Assembly: GCA_000091165.1 (NCBI GenBank)
Contig: FP565575.1
Span: forward strand, 630,001-662,000
Direction of reading: 5' to 3'
From: Candidatus Methylomirabilis oxygeniifera
GTDB lineage: Bacteria; Methylomirabilota; Methylomirabilia; Methylomirabilales; Methylomirabilaceae
Length of the DNA: 32,000 bases
Shown here: positions 22,987 to 29,903 of the stretch, in pieces
How the letters are laid out: each line of letters begins with the position of its first letter
How positions within the stretch are numbered: the stretch's first letter is position 1
Translations under genes and position numbers: made by a program
Notes under the pieces: model-generated
The model's input: the letters and a program-made list of their open reading frames with translations, nothing else
Told to the model about the DNA's origin: nothing
The model's database searches: none

Positions 22987-23778
22987 ATGAGTCGGCGATG
23001 GGTGTGGGCATTCGCTGTGTTGGGCGTCTTCAACGGGCTCCTCTTCCTGGTTGCCCTCTGGCGCGACTATGACCGGGAGTGGAAGCGCTACCAGACGGCC
23101 TTTTTCGCCCTCGAGGGCCGCAAGGCGCGGACGGCCCGGGAGGAAGAGGCCGTGAAGGCCCGCCGGCACGAGTTCATCCAGGTCGCCGTAGCGGGGACGG
23201 CCAGGGTGGACCGGTGCATGATGTGCCACCTCGGCATCGAGGATCAGCGGTTTGCCGACGCGCCGCAGCCGTTCCGGAGCCACCCGGAGATCCCGAGACA
23301 TCCCTTCGAACGCTTCGGGTGTACCGTCTGCCACGGGGGGCAGGACATGGCCACGACGAAGGCCGATGCCCACGGGCGTGTCCCGTTCTGGGAGGAGCCG
23401 CTGCTGGAGGGGGAGTACCGCCAGGCTGCCTGCGGCGGCTGCCACCTCGGCGGCGACGTACCGGGCGCGCCGCTGCTGGCCCAGGGGCGGCAACTCTACC
23501 TCCAGCGGGGCTGCGTCGCGTGTCACCGGATCCGCGGCATGGGCGGGATGGTTGGGCCGGACCTGACGTTCGTGGGGAGCCGCAAGCACGATCCTGAATG
23601 GTACATACGACACTTCAAGGACCCGCAGGCCACGGTGCCCGGCTCGACCATGCCCCCCTTCAAACACCTGCCGGAGGCGGAGCTGAAGGCGTTGACGGTC
23701 TATATGCTGAGTCTGCGCGAGATGCCGTCGGCCCTCCTCCCGGCACCCCGAACGGCGGCAGCCTCAGGAACGCAATAA
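22987..23778 (+). CDS. Membrane-anchored tetraheme c-type cytochrome
   Basis: 263 aa with an N-terminal hydrophobic anchor WVWAFAVLGVFNGLLFLVALW. It has four CxxCH motifs: CMMCH, CTVCH, CGGCH, CVACH. Confidence 0.85.
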   Translation: MSRRWVWAFAVLGVFNGLLFLVALWRDYDREWKRYQTAFFALEGRKARTAREEEAVKARRHEFIQVAVAGTARVDRCMMCHLGIEDQRFADAPQPFRSHPEIPRHPFERFGCTVCHGGQDMATTKADAHGRVPFWEEPLLEGEYRQAACGGCHLGGDVPGAPLLAQGRQLYLQRGCVACHRIRGMGGMVGPDLTFVGSRKHDPEWYIRHFKDPQATVPGSTMPPFKHLPEAELKALTVYMLSLREMPSALLPAPRTAAASGTQ

Positions 23779-23830
23779 CGCAGCGGCAAACGTCCGGCTC
23801 TGTGCGGCCGGCCCTCCGGAAGAACCCTGA

Positions 23831-24145
23831 AAGAAGGAGGGCGAACCACCCGTCGCCAGGATACGGGCGCCTCACCGTCCATCGTGCTTTCTGACTCCAG
23901 GAAGAGATGTGTGGCGATCCGTCATTGTGGTTCCCGTTTCCACAGCCGACTCCCAGGCGCGACGTGGACCGACCGCCGTACCGCTCCCGGCAGGAACAGG
24001 CGGCTTGAAGAAAGATAGCGTCGCGCTTTGCCACCAAGTCACGACACTTGATCGAAGCAAGTTGACCTCGCTCGCCGGGGTACTTCCACCTGAACTCCTC
24101 GCCAAGGTTGGTGACGGTTTAAGAATCGCGCAGGATCTGTCGTAG
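23831..24145 (+). pseudogene. MazF/PemK-family toxin remnant (5'-degraded, frameshifted)
   Basis: The intact C-terminal ORF at 23909-24145 reads ...VIVVPVST...PTAVPLPAGTGGLKKDSVALCHQVTTLDRSKLTSLAGVLPPELLAKVGDGLRIAQDLS, which fits the MazF/PemK core. Upstream N-terminal-like pieces (PSIVLSDSRKR in another frame, RPSCFLTPGRD in frame) are interrupted by a TGA at 23828 and a frame change near 23905. No antitoxin gene lies upstream. Confidence 0.55.
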
Positions 24146-24167
24146 CCAATCCCAAGACGATCTCCGG

Positions 24168-24290
24168 TCATACAACGATGTGGGCGAGCCGCCCGAGGCA
24201 GCGCACCCGCCGACCTTCCTGTTCGAGCCGCCGCCAGAGTCGTCCCCCGACATAGCCGGTGGCACCCGTGACGAGAACGAGACCGTTCAT
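24168..24290 (-). pseudogene. Truncated N-terminal fragment of an NAD(P)-binding SDR/epimerase-type gene
   Basis: Own translation gives MNGLVLVTGATGYVGGRLWRRLEQEGRRVRCLGRLAHIVV*. It has the Rossmann TGxxGxxG motif and stops after 40 codons, with no room for the rest of the protein. Confidence 0.5.
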
Positions 24291-24472
24291 GCTGATCCCG
24301 TGGACCTCAGAATGTCGTCCTCAGTATCTGTATGCAGGTGACCGCTCGTTGATGCTTAAGGAGGAATCTTACAGCCCGTCGGCCCAATCATGGAGGTAAC
24401 CGGCCTGCGCGGCCTTTTGTGCGGGTCCGTTTGAGCACAGGGTTCGACCGCACGTGCAGGTGGCGCGATAGC

Positions 24473-24748
24473 TTACGCCGGAGAATGATTCTTGAGCCAC
24501 TCGCGTAAAGCGGCATCAACGCGAGTTTGCCAACCCTCTCCACTTTCGCGGAAACGTTCCACCACTTCCCGCGATAACCGAATGGTGATGCGTTCTTTTG
24601 TTGGAGTTTTCTGAGGGCCACGCACACCCAGTTTCTTTCTGAGCGATGCCGGTAATACCTCAGCGGCCGGCTTGAATTTCGTCATATCTTCGGCGGTGAG
24701 TTCACGAACTTCGCCGTCTGCGCTAATCAGTGGCTTGCGGCTTGCCAT
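24473..24748 (-). CDS. brnA: BrnA-type antitoxin (ribbon-helix-helix)
   Basis: 91 aa. The C-terminus ERITIRLSREVVERFRESGEGWQTRVDAALREWL matches the BrnA pattern I recall (IxIRLdxdvlexFkaxGkGYQTrIN). It overlaps brnT by 26 nt. Confidence 0.8.
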   Translation of the reverse strand: MASRKPLISADGEVRELTAEDMTKFKPAAEVLPASLRKKLGVRGPQKTPTKERITIRLSREVVERFRESGEGWQTRVDAALREWLKNHSPA

Positions 24749-25001
24749 ATCGAATTACCTCTCTTGCGTTGGCCTTACGAAAGCTGATTACCCGGATGCC
24801 GGTTTCAGTTTCGGTGAAACATAGCACATGCAGCCTGCGATCCAGATAACAAAGCGCAATGTAACGGGTTTCGCCGTATGTCTTTCGAGTGTCTGGGAAC
24901 ACCAGCGCAGTATTGAAATCGACCTCCGCGGCTCGCTCGAACGAGAGTTGGCGCTCTTTGATGTTTCTCTCGTTCTTGATCGGATCGAAGTCGACTTTCA
25001 T
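24723..25001 (-). CDS. brnT: BrnT-type toxin (DUF497)
   Basis: 92 aa. MKVDFDPIKNERNIKERQLSFERAAEV...RYIALCYLDRRLHVLCFTETETGIRVISFRKANAREVIRY fits the DUF497/BrnT pattern. The toxin-first gene order is typical for BrnTA. Confidence 0.8.
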   Translation of the reverse strand: MKVDFDPIKNERNIKERQLSFERAAEVDFNTALVFPDTRKTYGETRYIALCYLDRRLHVLCFTETETGIRVISFRKANAREVIRYGKPQATD

Positions 25002-25008
25002 GTACTAC

Positions 25009-25037
25009 ATCGTATGCACAAATAAGTGGTACGTCAA
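25009..25037 (-). promoter_or_regulatory. Candidate promoter for brnTA, probably producing a leaderless or near-leaderless mRNA
   Basis: On the minus strand: TTGACG (25037-25032), a 17-nt spacer, TACGAT (25014-25009), then 7 nt to the brnT ATG at 25001. The -35 overlaps the stop codon of the upstream channel gene. GTATGCACA occurs twice as a direct repeat (25012-25020 and 25045-25053), which could be an operator. Confidence 0.4.
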
Positions 25038-26104
25038 GTGTTTTGTATGCACAGACACCTGCTGAGCTGGTGCATGAGCCCGATGAAGACGGCCGCCCAT
25101 GCGCCGAAGGCCACGTAGACGAAGTAGTGGGGGATCATCATGAGGATCGGCAATTCCGTTACCTCTGCCAATCGGAATGTGCAGACCGTGTACATGCCCA
25201 AAGGGAAGACAGCCCCCCAGTACAACGGGTCGTATGCCAGCGGGAACCTCCGCATGACGTGTCTCCACACCCCCACCGTGACGAGCATCGGGATCCACCA
25301 CGTCGCAGTCGCCCAAAAGAGCAGGGTCATCCCGTAGAGAAACGGCAGCATGCGTTGCAACAGGTCGAAATCCGGGGCTTTACCGATCAGCACCGTACCG
25401 GCCAGCGTCGAGATAGCCATCGCTCCCATGTTGATCCAGTAGGGGGGTGTGAGGTCGGCCGGTGAGAACGGAAAGAAGAGGTAACGGTAAAAGACCAGAG
25501 AGATGATCCAGATATAGAGCATGCCGCCGAACAGCCACATGACCAGCGCGAAGAACAGGGTCACCTCACGGTATAGTTCCGATTGCTGGGCGATCAGCCC
25601 GCCGAGAACGGCAATCGCCTGCGTCGCGACAACACTGAGGAGCCATCCGCCATTGATACCCTCCCTGAGAGAGGGTTTCGCCCGCTTTGTCACAAAGCCG
25701 GTAAACATCCCGTAGGTCAAACCCGCATACAGCACCACCGCCAGAAACCATAGCGCCACCGCTGCCTGCTGACTTTTGCCTGCCAGGAACAGTTGAGTGC
25801 CGAGTACACCACACGCGGCGACGGTAGTAAAAAAGCCCGGTCCGCGGCTGTGATTCAAGAGATCTGCGGTGAAACGCCGCGGGAATCGGATAATCCGCAG
25901 ACCCGTCAACAGCCAGAGCACCGCGAAGGCGATCACGTTGAGCCAGAGCAGCGCTTCGGCGATCACCTCCATCCCCTGGAGGCGGGCTGCAATCGAGATG
26001 ATGCCGGTCGCCATGACGAGTCCGAAGTAGGCGGGGTGCAGACCCCTGATACCCTTCCGGACCGCTGCCGGCCCCCCCAACGATGCTCCTGGCTTTCGCG
26101 TCAC
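25034..26104 (-). CDS. TehA/SLAC1 (TDT) family anion channel/transporter
   Basis: 356 aa with about 10 TM segments. N-terminal HPAYFGLVMATGIISIA and the general layout are typical of the tellurite-resistance/dicarboxylate transporter family. It has a GTG start with GAGGA 4 nt upstream. Confidence 0.75.
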   Translation of the reverse strand: MTRKPGASLGGPAAVRKGIRGLHPAYFGLVMATGIISIAARLQGMEVIAEALLWLNVIAFAVLWLLTGLRIIRFPRRFTADLLNHSRGPGFFTTVAACGVLGTQLFLAGKSQQAAVALWFLAVVLYAGLTYGMFTGFVTKRAKPSLREGINGGWLLSVVATQAIAVLGGLIAQQSELYREVTLFFALVMWLFGGMLYIWIISLVFYRYLFFPFSPADLTPPYWINMGAMAISTLAGTVLIGKAPDFDLLQRMLPFLYGMTLLFWATATWWIPMLVTVGVWRHVMRRFPLAYDPLYWGAVFPLGMYTVCTFRLAEVTELPILMMIPHYFVYVAFGAWAAVFIGLMHQLSRCLCIQNT

Positions 26105-26174
26105 CTATTCCTCGGGCGTTCGTCATAGCCCCATAGCCACCCATGTATCATGGTTTCATGGGAATCCTGTCTTC

Positions 26175-26858
26175 CTATACCTTCCCCATGTGCCGGTTCC
26201 ATATGACGACCTGCAGGGGGCGCCAGAGATACCGAAGTGGAAATGAGATGATGTGTACCAGCCTGGTGAACGGAAACAGGCCGATGATGCCGAACCCTAA
26301 CAGCATATGGAGTTTCGCGATGAAGGGGAGGTCGACGACGTACTCGATCTTGGGCTGGAATGTGAAGAGCGAGCCGATCCACGGGACCGACGTGTCCATG
26401 TACCAGTCCGCGCCCCAGCGGTAGTTCAGCGCGACCCAGAATCCGAGAACGACTTGCGTGATGAGCAGAGGCAATAACACCCAATCCATCACGCTGGAGG
26501 TCGCGCGAACCCGCGGGTTCGTCAAACGCCGCCAGGTGAGCGTGAGAATTCCTATGATCGCAAATACGGCGAGGGCCAGGCCGATCACTTCCAGTGTCGT
26601 GAGGATATGGATATTGGACAGCAATCGCCTCCAGGGGCCGGGGAACAGAAAGGCAATCAGGTGGGCCAGTAAGATGATAATGATCCCGAAGTGCCAGGGG
26701 ACGGAACCCCAGAACAGCCTCCGGTTCTCCAGGAACTGGGACGAGATGCTGGAAAACGAAAACCGGTCGCGATTGAACCGCCAGACAGTTCCCACCACCG
26801 CGTTGAAGAGCGCCAGGTAAGGAAACGCCGCAAACAGCACGAAGTTCAGCGAGTTCAT
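26175..26858 (-). CDS. narI: Respiratory nitrate reductase gamma subunit (diheme cytochrome b)
   Basis: 227 aa with 5 TM segments. MNSLNFVLFAAFPYLALF... and WHFGIIIILLAHL are typical NarI features. It is the last gene of the nar cluster. Confidence 0.9.
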   Translation of the reverse strand: MNSLNFVLFAAFPYLALFNAVVGTVWRFNRDRFSFSSISSQFLENRRLFWGSVPWHFGIIIILLAHLIAFLFPGPWRRLLSNIHILTTLEVIGLALAVFAIIGILTLTWRRLTNPRVRATSSVMDWVLLPLLITQVVLGFWVALNYRWGADWYMDTSVPWIGSLFTFQPKIEYVVDLPFIAKLHMLLGFGIIGLFPFTRLVHIISFPLRYLWRPLQVVIWNRHMGKV

Positions 26859-26867
26859 GGGAACCCC

Positions 26868-27767
26868 CTACGCCTTTCCCCCCAATACCTGTTCCAATGC
26901 GCGCAGGACATGCGCATACGGGTGCGACAGCCGCTCCTCCTCGCCCTTTCGCACCTCTTCTTTCCGCATATCCTTTTCCTTCTCGTGCTCGGGAACGCCC
27001 TTGAGCTGCGTCCCGAGATCGCCCGTCAACGGTCCCGTCGCGAGCGGGCACGGACCACAGGACGGCCGATCAAATTCATGACCTTCCATCGATTGAGTAC
27101 CGAAGGGAGGGTGGTCCGTGTGTGGCACGTCTTTCAACCCTTCAGTGATGACGCCCTGTCCGAAGGCTTCCGGATGCCACGACGCGGCAATCTCATCAGG
27201 TTGATAGAATTGACGCTGCTCGGCGCGAATGGCATCCTGGAGGGATCGTACTGTCGTGTGCTGCGCCGCGAGATCCTCTCCGCGGTCGGTCGTGGCGCTT
27301 TTGCCGAGCATGTTTTTGATCGACGGAACGATCCCCTCCAGAATCAGCCCTTCCCGGAACTCCTCATGGTCGCAATGCGGCAGGAACCGAAGAGCCACCG
27401 CCAGATGATCGGGCAGTTCCGGTCTGCAATCGTACTCATGTGCGCAGTAATGTTCGTTCAGCTTCACCAGAAAATGACTGCGCTTATACGTCTCGCCGAA
27501 CAGGTGGTAGCCGATGTAGATCTTGAACAGGGGGTCGAGGTCGAAGGCGTCGGTATAGACCTGCCTCCAGTATGCCAGGTCGTGGGTGTTCACGAACGTG
27601 TCGAAGAAAGCCAGTTCGTTATCGGCCGCAGGGATCATGGATCGGATCTGTTGACGGGCGTCCCGCACGTACACAGGCAGATTCTCGTCGGGGTACTGCA
27701 GCAGTCGTCCGAGTTGATCCAACGCCTGGCACACGACGGTTGACCCGATGGAGATCATGGCTACCAT
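26868..27767 (-). CDS. narJ: Nitrate reductase assembly chaperone NarJ (TorD family) with an unusual C-terminal extension
   Basis: The N-terminal roughly 170 aa (LGRLLQYPDE...YTDAFDLDPLFKIYIGYHLFGETYKRSHFLVKL...ELPDHLAVALRFL) fit NarJ. A further roughly 120 aa are charged or low-complexity and contain CGPCP. Its start overlaps the narH stop (ATGGTAG); ATG 27758 is an alternative start. Confidence 0.75.
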   Translation of the reverse strand: MVAMISIGSTVVCQALDQLGRLLQYPDENLPVYVRDARQQIRSMIPAADNELAFFDTFVNTHDLAYWRQVYTDAFDLDPLFKIYIGYHLFGETYKRSHFLVKLNEHYCAHEYDCRPELPDHLAVALRFLPHCDHEEFREGLILEGIVPSIKNMLGKSATTDRGEDLAAQHTTVRSLQDAIRAEQRQFYQPDEIAASWHPEAFGQGVITEGLKDVPHTDHPPFGTQSMEGHEFDRPSCGPCPLATGPLTGDLGTQLKGVPEHEKEKDMRKEEVRKGEEERLSHPYAHVLRALEQVLGGKA

Positions 27768-29290
27768 CCCCGTGCCGGTTCTTTCTGACTGCCGGGAAAA
27801 CGAGTGAACCCCGCCTCGCGTTTCTGTGTGAGAGGATCGCGGGTCGATTCGATAGACTGCTCACGTTTGAGCGGCGGCACAACGAACCGTTCCTCATACG
27901 TGGGCAGCGAGGTGAGTCGGAAAATAGCCTCGGCCTCCTCCGGTGTCATATCGGCATCGGCCAGGGCTCGCGCGACATCCGCGTCGTTGAGATCGACGAC
28001 GGTTTGCCACCGCTTAAACATCCGCACTGTAATCAGCCGTTTCATCACGTCTTCGATCAACCGTTCGTTGCCCGCCGCAAACAGGCTTGCCAGATACTTG
28101 ATGGGGACGCGGGCCTTCTCCAGGATCAGGTTGAACTGAGGCGCCATCCCCTCCGCGCCTGTCCCATCGATCTCGTAGGCCCCGGTCGCTTCCCGGATCG
28201 TCGCCTGAAGCGGCTGAAGCGGCGGCACGTAAAACAGCATCGGCAGCGTGCGAAACTCCGGATGGAGGGGTAGCGCGATCCTCCATTGCTTGAAGAATTT
28301 ATAGACGGGAGAGTTTCTGGCAGCCTCGATCATATCGTCGCCGATGCCGTTGCGCTTGGCCGCCGCCACGACCTGTTCGTCGTGCGGATTAAGCACCATC
28401 TCCCGCTGAGCGTCAACCAGGCGATCATCGGGGACGCCGGCCGCCGATCGGATCTGATCCGCATCGTACAGCAGCACACCCAGATAGCGAATCCGGCCCA
28501 CGCACGAATGAAAACAGGCGGGGGGCTGTCCGCTTTCCAGCCTGGGGTAACACAGAATGCACTTCTCGGACTTCCCGGTCTTCCAGTTGAAGTACGGTTT
28601 CTTGTAGGGGCAGCCCGAGATGCACATCCTCCAGGCGCGGCATTTGTCCTGGCCGATGAGCACGATCCCGTCCTCTCCCCGTTTATAAATGGCGCCGGCC
28701 GGACAGGCGGCCACGCATCCGGGATTTGCGCAGTGGTTGCAGATCCGGGGCAGATAGAAGAAGACCATCCGCTCGATTTCGTTCAGCGACGCTCGCTCCG
28801 CCTCAGTGAGGTTCTTCAGGTTGGGATCGTTCTTCGCGTAGACGGGGGAACCGCCTAGATCATCGTCCCAGTTGGGGCCGGCCTCGATCTCCATGTATTC
28901 GCCGGAGATCATCGATTTGGCCCGGACCGCGGGCTGATCGTCCCCCTCGGGCGCCGAAAACAGTTTCTCGTAATCGTAATCGAACGGCTCGTAATACTCG
29001 TCGACCGTAGGCAGGTAGGGATTGAAGAAGATGTTGGCCAGCGCACCGAGTCGGCCCTGTAATCGGAGTCTCAGCTCATCCCCATTCTGCTCGAATCCGC
29101 CTTTATACCGTTCCTGATCCTCCCAGCGGGTCGGGTAGCCGGTACCGGGTTTGGTCTCCACATTGTTCCACCACATGTATTCGGCCCCTTCCCGGTCGGT
29201 CCAGATGTTCTTGCAGGCCACGCTACACGTGTGGCACCCGATACATTTGTCCAGGTGGAAGACCATTGATACCTGCGCACGAGGATCCAT
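27761..29290 (-). CDS. narH: Respiratory nitrate reductase beta subunit (Fe-S)
   Basis: 509 aa with CIGCHTCSVACK, CNHCANPGCVAACP, CRAWRMCISGCPYKKPYFNW and CILCYPRLESGQPPACFHSCVGRIRYLG. The N-terminus MVFHLDKCIGCHTC is canonical NarH. Confidence 0.95.
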   Translation of the reverse strand: MDPRAQVSMVFHLDKCIGCHTCSVACKNIWTDREGAEYMWWNNVETKPGTGYPTRWEDQERYKGGFEQNGDELRLRLQGRLGALANIFFNPYLPTVDEYYEPFDYDYEKLFSAPEGDDQPAVRAKSMISGEYMEIEAGPNWDDDLGGSPVYAKNDPNLKNLTEAERASLNEIERMVFFYLPRICNHCANPGCVAACPAGAIYKRGEDGIVLIGQDKCRAWRMCISGCPYKKPYFNWKTGKSEKCILCYPRLESGQPPACFHSCVGRIRYLGVLLYDADQIRSAAGVPDDRLVDAQREMVLNPHDEQVVAAAKRNGIGDDMIEAARNSPVYKFFKQWRIALPLHPEFRTLPMLFYVPPLQPLQATIREATGAYEIDGTGAEGMAPQFNLILEKARVPIKYLASLFAAGNERLIEDVMKRLITVRMFKRWQTVVDLNDADVARALADADMTPEEAEAIFRLTSLPTYEERFVVPPLKREQSIESTRDPLTQKREAGFTRFPGSQKEPARGW

Positions 29291-29314
29291 CAGGTTACCC
29301 TCCGGAATCGCTCT

Positions 29315-29896
29315 TTAGCCACGAATGTCTTTGTCCCATTCATACAGATCTTTTCCCTCGACCAGGGCGCGCTCGCGGGCCTGCAGGATCCGAATCAATG
29401 CATCCTGCGGCAGGGTTTCAATCAGCAGTGTCAGACCTGCCGTGCAGGCCACCTGCATCAGCAACGCGTGGATCAGCATTCGACCCTGCTCAATCTGTTC
29501 TTCTCCGCCTGGAGACGTTGAGAGCAGTCCCTCCAGTCTGCGAACGTGCCGAATCACCAGATCGTGGGCTGCTGTCAGTTCACGAAGCTGTTCACTGCCG
29601 ATGTGATGATCGAGCGCAGGCAGGACCGCATCCTCCTCATAGCGAAACGACGTCCCGCAAAATCTCTTGATCTGCAGGAGGAGCGACCGGGCCTGCTCAC
29701 GATTGCCCTGCAGCATGGCGTCTTCCAGCTCCGTCAGGCAATCCCGCATCTTGCGGTAGCCATGCCAGAGGTGGACGAGCAGGGCGGCCAGGATCGCCTG
29801 ACGATCCTTTGACTCTATGGTGCCGATGGGATTATCCATCGGGACTGACATCGGATTCAGCGTCTGCTCCATCTGCTCAACCCAGGCGTCTTGCAT
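29315..29896 (-). CDS. 193-aa all-helical protein inserted between narG and narH; tentatively hemerythrin-like (HHE) four-helix bundle
   Basis: It is tightly packed: 7 nt after the narG stop and 24 nt before the narH start (GGAGGG SD). Helical segments carry His/Glu patterns: LLVHLWHGYRK, FRYEEDAVLPALDHH (resembles HxxxEExxLFPxL), LTAAHDLVIRHVRRLE, MLIHALL. The functional call is weak. Confidence 0.65.
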   Translation of the reverse strand: MQDAWVEQMEQTLNPMSVPMDNPIGTIESKDRQAILAALLVHLWHGYRKMRDCLTELEDAMLQGNREQARSLLLQIKRFCGTSFRYEEDAVLPALDHHIGSEQLRELTAAHDLVIRHVRRLEGLLSTSPGGEEQIEQGRMLIHALLMQVACTAGLTLLIETLPQDALIRILQARERALVEGKDLYEWDKDIRG

Positions 29897-29903
29897 CAGC
29901 GCG

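Noticed and set aside
24400-24425. GGCC-TGCGC-GGCC followed by TTTT, considered as a terminator.
   Set aside because: The stem is only 4 bp. It is oriented for plus-strand transcripts, where only pseudogene remnants lie upstream. That is not convincing.
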